The translations under genes were made by a program, and so were the position numbers. Under the pieces are notes generated by a model. That model made no database searches, had not been told where the DNA came from, and was given only the letters and a program-made list of their open reading frames with translations. A DNA stretch of 64,000 nucleotides from a virus (lineage: Duplodnaviria; Heunggongvirae; Uroviricota; Caudoviricetes), in the IMG/VR virus record IMGVR_UViG_3300025887_000009; one strand, 5' to 3'. This document shows, piece by piece, positions 31,301 through 40,283 of this stretch (its first letter is position 1; each line of letters begins with the position of its first letter).

Positions 31301-34300
31301 GAGTTAATTCAAACACTCCGTTAATTTGAGCATAAATGTAAACACGTCCTTGATCAGTTCTGCGAGTGTCGTCGTAAGGTTCGCCAACAGCAATCATAGT
31401 TCCGTTGCCTGACATTCCAACTGATTCGCCGTAACCTGTGTTGTCAGCAGTTGCAGGAATAGTCTGCGACCATACAAAATGATCGCCTATCCTACGGTAA
31501 ACTTCAACGCTTGATTGCTTTACACTATCGTTGCCCGTAAGTTTCGATGATACTGCAAGTACGTCGCCTTTATCAGATACATCAAAATCATATGCAAAGT
31601 TTATTATGCCGCCGCCTGGAGAGAATACATTATCGTTGACGTTCTGTGCTGGATTATTTGGAATAAATCCTAAGTATGAAACATCGCCAGTAGTTATTTC
31701 CCAATCAGTTGTATCAAATTCACTACCGGACGCAATATTTGTAATAGCACGATATATGCTTGATTCAAATTCAACAAGTTCGTCTTCTTTATAGAAAACG
31801 TCATTCTTAAATTCTCCACGATAATTACGATCCTTGCCTCTTTCCCAACTATAAGTTACGCTATCGCGAGTTCCGTTAAATATATAATGTATTTTTCCCG
31901 AGTTATCAATTGTGTCATTGCCGCCGGATGCAATAAACGCAGTGTAAAGATTGTCGTGTTTGGTTATTTTGATTTTTTCACCAAAGCGAGAATCATCAAC
32001 TGAATCAACAGTAGTGTATGATCCTCTGTAGACAAAGGATCCAATTGAATCTTTTTCATAAACAGAATACATACCTTGATTTGTGTACGTGCTTGCTTCG
32101 CCAAATTCAGTTACTTCAACGTTGTATACTTGTTCCCAATCGATGTTATTTGACGAAGGAATATTAGGCAATCTTGCAACACCAGATACATTAAATAGTT
32201 CTGTGTAGAACCAATATTCTTCACCAATTAATGCATCAGTTGCAGGTACTTCAATATCTACAAGAGTATCAACTACTATTAATTTACCAATGGTATCATT
32301 TGCTAGAGACGTTTGTAATATTTCTCCCATAATTCTGTCAGGAGAATCTTGACGAATAATTTCTGCCGTGTTGCCAAACACGCTGCCATTGCTCCAATTA
32401 CCAGTTACTGATTTTACATAGATTCTAACATTATCAAACACTCTTTCGTAATGTGTAATTTCGGCAGTTGCGCCTGTTACTGCGTCTCTCACTACATCAT
32501 TAATACTTGGTTCGTAAGGATCACCGATTGTTGTATCACCGTCTGTGTCAATTGTTTGGAATTTTGTAAATTTAAAATCAATATATCCGTCCCACACATC
32601 ATTAACAGTTAATTCGTTATCGAAATATGTAGGTGAAAAATTAAGTGATGCAATATCGGCTGTGTCGTTAATAAACAATCTAAATGTATCACTTGCAGAA
32701 AGCGAATCTCCGGGCACCGTACGAATTACCCAACGAGAATCTAATTGATCTGTTAACGTAGGAGCATCGCCCGGGTCGCCCTGATGAGAAAGTACTGCTA
32801 AGAATGATGCTTCTTCGTTTTTGTTTACAGGTGTTCCGATGTCTCTGACATTTTCAAGAATGTTGTAATAGAAATTAGTATCTCTAATTTCGTCATCTTT
32901 GATTATATCCTGGAATATTAATCCTCTACCTTCGTCGGTGTAACTATCAGCTGTGTTTACGTAAGACGGAGTTGTAATTTGGAAATAGCCGCCTAGTCCA
33001 GCGCCTGCATCGTAATTAGGTATTATGTAATCACCGATAACGGTAGTATCATTAATAAATAATTCTCCAACTTCGGAGAAAGTACCACTTAACGTATTTA
33101 AATATATAGTTGCTGATCCGTTACTTTCACTTATATAGCTAATTGTACCGCTTGCTTCAGATGAAGAAACAGTATCTCCAACTTCAGGAAGATTAATCCA
33201 CGCATCTAAATAAACAATATGATCAATCTTTGCTTGCACTTCATGCAAATCATTTATAAAGCTACTATCAATAACATTAATTTGATTATCAAATGGTTGG
33301 AATTCTACAGCAGCATCATTAAATGAATTCGAGTAACGGTTCCAATGCAATGCCAACGAATCGCCAACTGCTACACCTTCGAACATATCAAAAGGCATCC
33401 TAACAAGAATATGGTCTACCGTAGTATCAGGAAGATTATAATTGCCCAATGTTAACAGATTAATTACAGTAGAATCTGATCTTGTAGAAATGTCTTCGTA
33501 ACTATCAAATGTCGAGAATAGGATATTATCAGTTGCACCCTCGATTTTTGTTCTAGCTTTCCATAGACTTTCTAAATAACTTACTACTTGATTTTTAGTA
33601 TAATCGCTAGTTTCATCGTAATCGCCCGTATACCGTGTCTTAATATTAGAAGCATCTGGCGAACCTACTAGCAACCACTTGCCGTCAGGTGATACTGCCA
33701 CTGATGCACCAAATCTAGGAATACCTGATATTATATTAGGTTCAGGCGTTAATGCTTCTTTGAAGACTAAGTTGTTGCTATCTGAACTACGGGTATAAAT
33801 TCGAACAATTTCTGATCCAGGTGCACCAACTGCCATGATCTTATTATCTGCACTAGAAGATATAGCTGTTGCAAATCCGTCGTCGCTGCTGTCAATTTCA
33901 GCAGGATTGATTATTACTGTTTGCTCTACATGCTTTTTAGAATTCTTAAATACTGTCCAGTTGTTGTTAAATGCATCATCAATCCAGACGATATCGCCAT
34001 CCGTTAAGCCACGCGATTGTAATGCAGTATTTGCTTCTTGTATATTTGCAAATCGAACTTTTTCAAATTTAGAAATAAATCCATTACTTACTTTTTGCTG
34101 CTCTTGCGGCGCAGAAGAATCTCCAAATGTTTGTGCCGGACTGTATGCATCAACGGGTGTTAGATTGTCCGAGATAACAACAAGACTGTTTGCCACTACA
34201 TCCGTTACTTCATAAAAACCTTCGCCGGTTGTTACATTCATTATACCAATAATATCACCTTCTTCAAAATCAGAAGATTTATTAAGTGTAATTCTCTTTT

Positions 34301-37300
34301 CTGAATTTGACCCGGCACTAATTGATTCTATTTCGTATTCAGTTGAAATATACTTGTAAATATTCCATGTAGTCGGATCATCTCTGCCAACCCATACATA
34401 ATGCCCGCTTTGAAGTAAGTTAAACGGAATATCAAGAATGTCCTGATATTGAAATACTCTAAATTCTGCATCATCTGTGTGAACATATCCCGCCGTCGGA
34501 ACAAATTCTTCCACTTTTTGCATAGTAACAAACGGAACGTGATCGTAATCTTTGCTCTCAAGATATGTTTCGCCTTCTTTAATTTTATAAACAAGACGTG
34601 TATCTTCGGTGTCAACTACATTAGTCAATTCTATCGGCTGCGGCGACAATGTAAATTTAGATTCATCTAATGCATATTCAAATTCGTCGTATTTGTCTAC
34701 AGCACCTATTTGTCCAACTCTTAATGCCCATTCTTCATAGAATTCTAAGCTATCTTTGTCTGCCGCTGCAAGTGCATCAAATAACTTTGTAAGACTGTTT
34801 GCTGATCCTTTGTCTGCAATAAATCCTTGATAAAATTTATATTGACTAATGTCGTCATTAATAATGTTCTTTAGGTATTCTCTATCTTGATAACCAATAA
34901 GGTGTTGTGCAAATCTTTGCTGTTCGTCATCAAAGTTGTCGCTGTCTAAGCTATAGAAATCAGCAAATTCACTTATCTTAAAGTCAAAGTTAGTACGAAG
35001 TTTTGATTCAGGACGCTTAGATAATCTGCTCCAGTCGCTTGCAACAAATGTGTCGGACCCTGAAATCTTGTTATTTGCTGAATAGTAAAATTCTTTGTAC
35101 TTTACAAGATCACCGATTGCATAATCTTTGTTTTCTTCCCATTGGGTAGTTCTTGCATCATCGTAGATGAAACCAGGAATGTTTAATCCGCCTGTCCAAT
35201 TATCTGAACGGTAGCCTACAACCTTAATTCTTTCTTGACGGTAACCTGCTTCTGGATCATAAATGATGTCATTAAATTCAGTACGGTTGTCAAGCAGCAA
35301 TACATGTTCTTTTTGCACAAGGGGCAGCTTAATATTAAACACGCCGTCTTCCGTAGCACTAGGCAATAAGATAAATTCGTTTTGATTAGTGCGAACACGG
35401 TTAGTAAAGTCTTCAATAAGTTTCTGACCATCTGCCTTATACACACTGTAATCATAAAAGTTGTCAAAGATGTCATCAACAACAGAGAATTTCGATTGCA
35501 TCTTAACCTGAAATGCGCCAGGGCTTAATGTAATAACAGAACCTTCTTGCCAGTTTTGTGTCGTCCAGAACAAGAATTCCTTAGAAGACTGCAACCAGTC
35601 TTCAGTAACAGAGATGTCTGAATTAAAGTAATCAAATTTGAAACCTTGTTCTTCAAGGTACTCTTGATATCCTAATAAAAAGTCAACAACTTCTTGAATG
35701 CTGCGCAATAGCGTGCCATATGGCAGACTTTGCTCTCTTCTTTTATTAAATTTCTTGCGCACAAATACAGTTTGGCCGCCTTCGATGGGCAGTTCAGCTA
35801 ATTTAGCAAACTTGTCATCATCAAAATTAGTGCTACTAGTATGTGCTATTTTTGTTCTGTAATACAATCCTGCATATCTTACAACTTGTCCAACAACATA
35901 CACTTTTCTCTCGGTCCAATCTGAAAACGCTGAGGAAATGCCGCCGATGTTAATAACCGGGTCGTTGTCTAATTCGTAAGCTTGATAATATTTAAATGCA
36001 GGTGCATTTTTGTCATAGCCTCTAATAATATAACCCGCGGCGCGTTTTTCAATAATTGCGCCAGAGTAATTTACTACCTTAATAGGAGAACTTGTATTTA
36101 GGAAGATATTATAGTTTTCCTTTGGTACAAGAACATTGCTTTTGTTAAATGGTGTTTTAGAGTCAAGTACTAATTCAAATTTTGACTTGTCTGTAAATCC
36201 ACCTATCTTAGCTGCCATTTGGTTAGTGATAGATGTTAGATTATTTTGGTATGTTGTGTAACTTAATAACACAGAACTAGCTAGGTAGTTGTACATGCAG
36301 TTTACTAAGCCAGATGCTAATATTCTTCGATCTGCTTCTACGTTGTTAGGGAATACCAAATCACTCAAACGAATTTGTTCTTGAGACGGAGTATAAACCA
36401 AGTGTCCTGCAATATCGCGTTCGATTCTTGAAATATCAAAACCTACACCGAACATCTTAGTCGGCTGATTAATAACCCAAGATGTAATTAAACTAAACGG
36501 ATACTCAGATGAACGTCTCCATGCAGTTTCAGTCGGTGCTTGGTCACCAAAAGTATAATCTGATACAACAAGATTTGAAATATAACCTCTTGCATAACTA
36601 GATTCCAACGGGCTCAATAAACGACCTTGGTCGTCTACGGGAAGGTGTTCTAATATTCCTGGACGGGCATATTTTTCTAAGTATCGGACAGGCATGCCGG
36701 GTTGTCTAACGATTCCTTGATCAATGTCTTCCCATAGCACAAGGTTGTTGCTAGTGTAAGGCGCCGGTCCGTATACGTCTTGCCACCAAGATGGCATGAT
36801 TGTAAAACCAAGCATTTCCCAAGGATGAGAATGAGGACGGTCGGTGTCATATGCATCTTTGTAAACAGCACGCCAAAAGCCTGGCAACGGGTTGCCGCTC
36901 GGAGATGCCATATATTTGTAGTTGTACGTAAATGATGCAGAACGCTCAAAATATGTATTTGATGTAAAGTCTGCACTTCCGACAATATCAAGCCACTGCG
37001 TAAAATCGTAAACCATTGCATCTTCGCGAGTTTTACGCGAATATGCCGATTCGCGGAATTCACTTCCGACAAAATCGGTTAAATCTAATATGTCGGTGTT
37101 GTATGACTGCTTTAGGTTGTTATAAATTCTAGTTTCTAATTCAAGAAGCAAGTCATCACGATAGTCATCATACGCAACAATAATACTACCGTCGTGACCT
37201 TGAATTACTGTTTGTGTTTCTTGGTAAGTGTCGTCGTTAAATATCGACGGGCGGTAAGCCGGATACAATCCTAATTTTGTAGGAGTCGGCGGCATGTAGC

Positions 37301-40283
37301 AACCGTCTGTTGTTTCGTATTCGCAAATATCAATTATATCATTTAATGATTTGTCAGCTGTAATAACACAGAAGCCGTCTTCGTTAAATGTGTAATCTTT
37401 GCCGTGCACAAGCTGCACACCGTTAAGGTATACTAGAACTGCGTGAGAAGATAGTTCATTTAATGTAAACACTTCCGACAATGCAAAGAATTCGTTTCGT
37501 GGATCAACTACTTTGTATTCTAATTTCTTCGCAGATCCTGTAGGTACCATATCCGAGAAGTAAAACGGCATTGTATTTGTTTTACTTTTGTTCATTTCTG
37601 CAAGAATTAAATCTACGTGAGTACGAGTGTCGCCATCGTAACCTAGATCAAACGCTGTTTGAAAAAATACTCTCTTAAATTTAGCGTACTCTGCTCTACC
37701 ATAACGAAGAGCTTTAACCATGTTGTGCTCTTTGCTAGTAATATGATAGTTTGCAAGGTTTACAGGACCACTGTGCTTCACAAATAACTTGCCGTATTGA
37801 TCTACTTCGCCTAAATCACGAAGGTTTGATGTTCCTAAAAATACGCCGTCAAATCCAATTGCTTCTTCGACAATGGAACTTACATGGTCATTAACCTCAC
37901 CAAGAGTAAATTCAGTTAGGTTATTATTAAGAGGATTGCGTTCTAAGTTAGCAGCAATTTCGTAATAGCCATTTTCATTCTTTGGAGTTGCACTTGTAGT
38001 TTTAATAACAATTCTATCATCTGCTACTACATCTTCAAAGAACTTAATAACCGCAGTTTGATTAACTCTATTAATTTCATAATCTTTTTCAAAGAATTGA
38101 ATAGCGTTGTTCTTATATACCCAAACTTTTAGATCATTTAAATCACCTGATTTATCGTAAACGTCGACTGCAAAATCGTTTGTTTGTTCTGTACCAAAAT
38201 ACTGACGTACAACTTTTTGTTTGCTTAGTTCTTTACCTTTTGTCCAGCCATTAACATACGAAAACTTATCTAAGTCAGTATACTTTCTAATATAAGCTGT
38301 CTTACTTGCTATTTCAACTAATCTGTTGTTTGACGAATAATTGTATGTTTCATTTAACAGGTTAAAATCAAATGTAATGTCGCCTATGTTTTCAAACGCT
38401 CGATAACTTAATGAAAATCCTAGTTCATTATCTACAATTCCTGAACCTCTTTTATAAGAATAGATAGGGTTGCCGCGGAAGTTAGATGCAATATAAGTCG
38501 TTTCATCGGAGAACGACACACCATCTTTATCAAATAAGTCAAACAACGGATCTTGATTAACTGACGTTTTCTCTTGTCCTAATACCCATGTTTCGCCATT
38601 AAAGTAATAGATCTGTCCTGCGTTTTCTACGCCGTCTCGAACTAATACTGTTTCGTTTGTAATAGGATTAGAATCGTCAACTTCTATAAGTGCAATTTGA
38701 GTATTGTTATTTTCTGTAATAAAACGTACTTCATAAATTCTATTACGAACTAAAATATCTGTGTCAGCAGTAAACAAAATTCTTTGTCCTTCTGATACAG
38801 TGACTCCATCGATATTATAACCTATTGACCCTTCAATTGTAGAAAACACATCTTGTGTAAAATTGTCAATTAAATCAATATCTTCTTTTGCTTTAGAACC
38901 AAATTGAAACAGCTTTAGGCCTGCTTCGAATTCAATAATAGGACGTTTTGCTCTTGCCGATTGATCTATTTCTGCTATAGTACCATTAACTGTGGCAGAT
39001 GTTTCAATAACACTTCGGTGGAACCAACGGTTATAACGTGTCCATGCGTTTCTGTCAAGGCTGGCACGGTTAATTATAATATAATCTTTTATGCCTGCAT
39101 AAGAACTAGAATTACCAAACGGTAACGTATCAAACCCTTCGGTATCAAAAGGAACTAAGAGATCCTCAGAATAAGCAGCAGGAATTTCAAGATCCTTTGT
39201 ACTAATAAGTACAATCTTTGATCCTACTCCTTCAACATACCATTCTCCGGTTGCATATTTTTCAGGAGTAACATCGCCTTGGAAATAAACTTTCATTCCG
39301 TTTGACAATGCATAATTTGCAGAAGTAGTATACGAACTCTTGCCTAGTATTTCTGCTTCTACATCGATTTCTGTATTTTCTTCAATGTCATAAAGAGTAA
39401 CAAAGCCACTTATGTTTATGTCATTCTTTGAAATGTAGTATAGTTTATCAGGTGCATTCTCTGGCACAGTGAATTCGATAACTCCGTTTGTTACATAATC
39501 ATCATCAACTTCGTTCATGTCAACATCAAATACTTTTATACCATCACTGTAAAGTGTTGAAACATTTGTTAGCTCTTGACTAAATTCAGGAGAAGGATTG
39601 GTTGGAACAAATGATCTACTTGTAGAAAAAGTAAACGGATGACCCGGTGTGTTGATTTCAAATCTATAAGTCTGACCTTTGTACAATTTAAGTGTCGGAT
39701 TAGGAGTAAATCCGTTTGGAGAAAAGATGTAAGCTAACGAATCGGTTTGGTCTTCTAATGTCACTGAATAAGTGCTTTGTACGTCTCTGCTTTGTCCTGC
39801 TACAGAAACTGCCTGAGGACCGTTTGGCAACCAGTAGTATTCACGGAAATTTGTAAACTTGTCCCAATCAATTCCAGGGTTCCATGCATAAAATTCCTGT
39901 GCGTTAACAGTGCTATGATTACTAGTGTTTGAATTAAACGCTGTAAGTTGATTCATAAAATCTTGATAATCTTTGAAGAAATTTACATTACCAAGATCAT
40001 CTTTAATTACAGTCGCAGGCTCAAACTGATAATCAGTTCGTTGCTTTGTAGCAGCACCAACATAATTATCGTCTGCTATTCTAGCTTTAGACACCTGGCG
40101 TCCGATGTAACCCGAAAGCTTTTCGGCTACTCCGGGTTGAATCATTTGATCTAACGTCGATTCTAGAAATTTTTCATTCGTAGGTGTGCGGAAAAATCTA
40201 GGAAGAAATTGCGTAGATTTTACAGTTTTCTTATTTGAGTCTGGCTCAATTGGAAATTCTTTTTGGTCATCGTTATATGCCAT
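25308..40283 (-). CDS. giant 4991-aa virion structural protein (baseplate wedge/fibre, gp7-like position)
   Basis: Uninterrupted 15-kb ORF directly after gp6; FG-GAP-like repeats, CBM5/12-like W/Y-x5-Y-x-x-G motifs, GGSGY...GGGG.GA.A.A repeats and F.GDG.T..F.L repeats. Confidence 0.8.
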   Translation of the reverse strand: MAYNDDQKEFPIEPDSNKKTVKSTQFLPRFFRTPTNEKFLESTLDQMIQPGVAEKLSGYIGRQVSKARIADDNYVGAATKQRTDYQFEPATVIKDDLGNVNFFKDYQDFMNQLTAFNSNTSNHSTVNAQEFYAWNPGIDWDKFTNFREYYWLPNGPQAVSVAGQSRDVQSTYSVTLEDQTDSLAYIFSPNGFTPNPTLKLYKGQTYRFEINTPGHPFTFSTSRSFVPTNPSPEFSQELTNVSTLYSDGIKVFDVDMNEVDDDYVTNGVIEFTVPENAPDKLYYISKNDINISGFVTLYDIEENTEIDVEAEILGKSSYTTSANYALSNGMKVYFQGDVTPEKYATGEWYVEGVGSKIVLISTKDLEIPAAYSEDLLVPFDTEGFDTLPFGNSSSYAGIKDYIIINRASLDRNAWTRYNRWFHRSVIETSATVNGTIAEIDQSARAKRPIIEFEAGLKLFQFGSKAKEDIDLIDNFTQDVFSTIEGSIGYNIDGVTVSEGQRILFTADTDILVRNRIYEVRFITENNNTQIALIEVDDSNPITNETVLVRDGVENAGQIYYFNGETWVLGQEKTSVNQDPLFDLFDKDGVSFSDETTYIASNFRGNPIYSYKRGSGIVDNELGFSLSYRAFENIGDITFDFNLLNETYNYSSNNRLVEIASKTAYIRKYTDLDKFSYVNGWTKGKELSKQKVVRQYFGTEQTNDFAVDVYDKSGDLNDLKVWVYKNNAIQFFEKDYEINRVNQTAVIKFFEDVVADDRIVIKTTSATPKNENGYYEIAANLERNPLNNNLTEFTLGEVNDHVSSIVEEAIGFDGVFLGTSNLRDLGEVDQYGKLFVKHSGPVNLANYHITSKEHNMVKALRYGRAEYAKFKRVFFQTAFDLGYDGDTRTHVDLILAEMNKSKTNTMPFYFSDMVPTGSAKKLEYKVVDPRNEFFALSEVFTLNELSSHAVLVYLNGVQLVHGKDYTFNEDGFCVITADKSLNDIIDICEYETTDGCYMPPTPTKLGLYPAYRPSIFNDDTYQETQTVIQGHDGSIIVAYDDYRDDLLLELETRIYNNLKQSYNTDILDLTDFVGSEFRESAYSRKTREDAMVYDFTQWLDIVGSADFTSNTYFERSASFTYNYKYMASPSGNPLPGFWRAVYKDAYDTDRPHSHPWEMLGFTIMPSWWQDVYGPAPYTSNNLVLWEDIDQGIVRQPGMPVRYLEKYARPGILEHLPVDDQGRLLSPLESSYARGYISNLVVSDYTFGDQAPTETAWRRSSEYPFSLITSWVINQPTKMFGVGFDISRIERDIAGHLVYTPSQEQIRLSDLVFPNNVEADRRILASGLVNCMYNYLASSVLLSYTTYQNNLTSITNQMAAKIGGFTDKSKFELVLDSKTPFNKSNVLVPKENYNIFLNTSSPIKVVNYSGAIIEKRAAGYIIRGYDKNAPAFKYYQAYELDNDPVINIGGISSAFSDWTERKVYVVGQVVRYAGLYYRTKIAHTSSTNFDDDKFAKLAELPIEGGQTVFVRKKFNKRREQSLPYGTLLRSIQEVVDFLLGYQEYLEEQGFKFDYFNSDISVTEDWLQSSKEFLFWTTQNWQEGSVITLSPGAFQVKMQSKFSVVDDIFDNFYDYSVYKADGQKLIEDFTNRVRTNQNEFILLPSATEDGVFNIKLPLVQKEHVLLLDNRTEFNDIIYDPEAGYRQERIKVVGYRSDNWTGGLNIPGFIYDDARTTQWEENKDYAIGDLVKYKEFYYSANNKISGSDTFVASDWSRLSKRPESKLRTNFDFKISEFADFYSLDSDNFDDEQQRFAQHLIGYQDREYLKNIINDDISQYKFYQGFIADKGSANSLTKLFDALAAADKDSLEFYEEWALRVGQIGAVDKYDEFEYALDESKFTLSPQPIELTNVVDTEDTRLVYKIKEGETYLESKDYDHVPFVTMQKVEEFVPTAGYVHTDDAEFRVFQYQDILDIPFNLLQSGHYVWVGRDDPTTWNIYKYISTEYEIESISAGSNSEKRITLNKSSDFEEGDIIGIMNVTTGEGFYEVTDVVANSLVVISDNLTPVDAYSPAQTFGDSSAPQEQQKVSNGFISKFEKVRFANIQEANTALQSRGLTDGDIVWIDDAFNNNWTVFKNSKKHVEQTVIINPAEIDSSDDGFATAISSSADNKIMAVGAPGSEIVRIYTRSSDSNNLVFKEALTPEPNIISGIPRFGASVAVSPDGKWLLVGSPDASNIKTRYTGDYDETSDYTKNQVVSYLESLWKARTKIEGATDNILFSTFDSYEDISTRSDSTVINLLTLGNYNLPDTTVDHILVRMPFDMFEGVAVGDSLALHWNRYSNSFNDAAVEFQPFDNQINVIDSSFINDLHEVQAKIDHIVYLDAWINLPEVGDTVSSSEASGTISYISESNGSATIYLNTLSGTFSEVGELFINDTTVIGDYIIPNYDAGAGLGGYFQITTPSYVNTADSYTDEGRGLIFQDIIKDDEIRDTNFYYNILENVRDIGTPVNKNEEASFLAVLSHQGDPGDAPTLTDQLDSRWVIRTVPGDSLSASDTFRLFINDTADIASLNFSPTYFDNELTVNDVWDGYIDFKFTKFQTIDTDGDTTIGDPYEPSINDVVRDAVTGATAEITHYERVFDNVRIYVKSVTGNWSNGSVFGNTAEIIRQDSPDRIMGEILQTSLANDTIGKLIVVDTLVDIEVPATDALIGEEYWFYTELFNVSGVARLPNIPSSNNIDWEQVYNVEVTEFGEASTYTNQGMYSVYEKDSIGSFVYRGSYTTVDSVDDSRFGEKIKITKHDNLYTAFIASGGNDTIDNSGKIHYIFNGTRDSVTYSWERGKDRNYRGEFKNDVFYKEDELVEFESSIYRAITNIASGSEFDTTDWEITTGDVSYLGFIPNNPAQNVNDNVFSPGGGIINFAYDFDVSDKGDVLAVSSKLTGNDSVKQSSVEVYRRIGDHFVWSQTIPATADNTGYGESVGMSGNGTMIAVGEPYDDTRRTDQGRVYIYAQINGVFELTQTLYSNSNEEAEKFGYKLSFDNTQLAVTSLAGDIKQPTTFDSDATYFDKRLTRYTQVEFDTGLVQLYEKINDTLLHATSFAFDDMSTDLTFFGENVLVNDNHVYIGIPRALVSDAFEGMLLDYRRPKTENSWMVHRAPVDPVDISSIKSSFLYNKRSNEYLTSVDYIDPIQGKIAGIADQDITYKTKYDPAIYNLDTDLTGVTLDGTDHWAENYVGRVWWDLSTALFVNPYQGDVIYQSNSWNKLFTGASIDVYEWVESNVIPSAWDAVAGTDEGLAAGISGTSKYGNSAYTVKTKYNPVTKTFSEKYYFWVLGKVTIPRVEFRSINVFDIAALIANPFGQRYRFVSLLTGNKFAINNLEGFLENTDVVINFQKWKLDNKDMNIHTEYQLLTDGLKDSKPKRDIEAKWFDSLVGKDRFFRDVPDPELSPKVKYGTLNSPRQGWFVNRNEALKQVIEYTNSVLKENLIVDSYDISLLDQQDPAPTTATNTFDATVDSLDELTTVGTARLERAVLAPVIEDGRIIRVEIVSAGRGYARTPTYELIGKGIDAEFEIVINGIGQVTDVIITDQGTGYDNTTTIIVRRFSALVNSDATIADKWSIYSFNETLRQWERRRSQEFDVTAYWEYVDWYAASYNEFTQITFTIDEAYELTALNDSINDIVKIRNVGSGGWLLLRKIDNQDTVDYSVNYETIGRQNGTIKFLSTLYDPASGQVGYDVSNFDITLYDSEPVIETRKILEILRDKILVNDLEIEYNRLFFVSLRYVFSEQGYVDWAFKTSFVKAQHNVGDLKQKITFQNDNLPSYEEYINEVKPYKTKIREYVSSYDGFDSSQSVVTDFDLFPSYSDADKKIIPHNVKIRDGELIGVTDRTRSNPFKQWLDAVGFEVTEIKIKDGGSGYSQRPVVKLVGGGGTGATARAFVSSGKINKIEVTASGTGYTSAPVVEIQDVQGSTAARASAILGGSPIRGTHIAVKFDRTSGNYYVTNIDETESFTASGSQLIFNLEYPLDLRTTTIEILVNGQEALRSEFAFENILDTSKGYDRHQGRVTFADPPAINSTVVINYKKNISMLQAQDRVNFFYNPVTGQYGKDLSQLMNGIDYGGVEVKSFGFSGAGGWDNEPWYSGTWDTYDTTFEDEIFTLDGSTISVELSKPLEDGIQYNIYRNGVRIDEDSDSSFVNPNALTETITGDGIIDTIDLQDKGIPAGDGDVIIIRKSTSDGSFTPDPSSYDTLLSGGDLAYTTAKGIAAEQIIVDGDGFVTPTTSGGPEELVPGQILDTLDIQVYDKTGDGGSNIYTANFTSDGTTVVYELGIRPNARDAVFIRFNNTIQDSSSYSINWGNNTVELDTAPSAGTQINIVVLGEAGAKVLDLRTFVGDGSTTQFSTSARFSNDLTYNVLVDGIETEVTLTKNVKGNEVEFIADGSNSFTVTFNPTTDTQIFVNGVEQLEEFYQTDISMDEFGNNVYNIIFVNNFPSIGSVVTVYNNVGNVDVNFLQTPEEGTDIRCVIYQDTADSFSAVKLEEFTGDGSTTAFTLAQAPFTNTPLRYNVLVEVDGTMLSAGYTQRFTVVESREYLVEQWQMPAGTVQTSNVEAYINGVKLEQTVTWRWDTFNSSVVLFDSVGNAGDELVVYILDDGEYTLEGSTLTLNETPASDAKIKVWQFSNHNILDIKRKTYNVVTREPVTEGTADYATYQDLTNGIVKLFDTAIDAQYVWVTLNGEFLSPLVDYALSVDNNYININRVINDNDVIDFMQFTANVSTTPFGYRQFKDMLNRTHYKRLDSSNACTLAEELNWYDLRIELTDASSLPIPSKESNIPGVLFVDGERIEYFIKEGNTLRQIRRGTLGTGVKEVYEAGTIMHEQGPGQTIPYTDRALSQTFTADGIKTEYRLDFVTDSVNDMEVFVAGRRLRKGEISIFDNTIAQDSPEGDVTAAAEFTLTSYMADDSTAVTDLVLAEAPADNVSVTVVRKVGKIWAEQGVSLRYADNDIGRFIRAKTVALPE

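Noticed and set aside
25308-40283. Intein or intron inflating the 4991-aa ORF
   Set aside because: No intein termini (C/S start, HN end) or LAGLIDADG/HNH motifs noticed; length is explained by repeated structural modules
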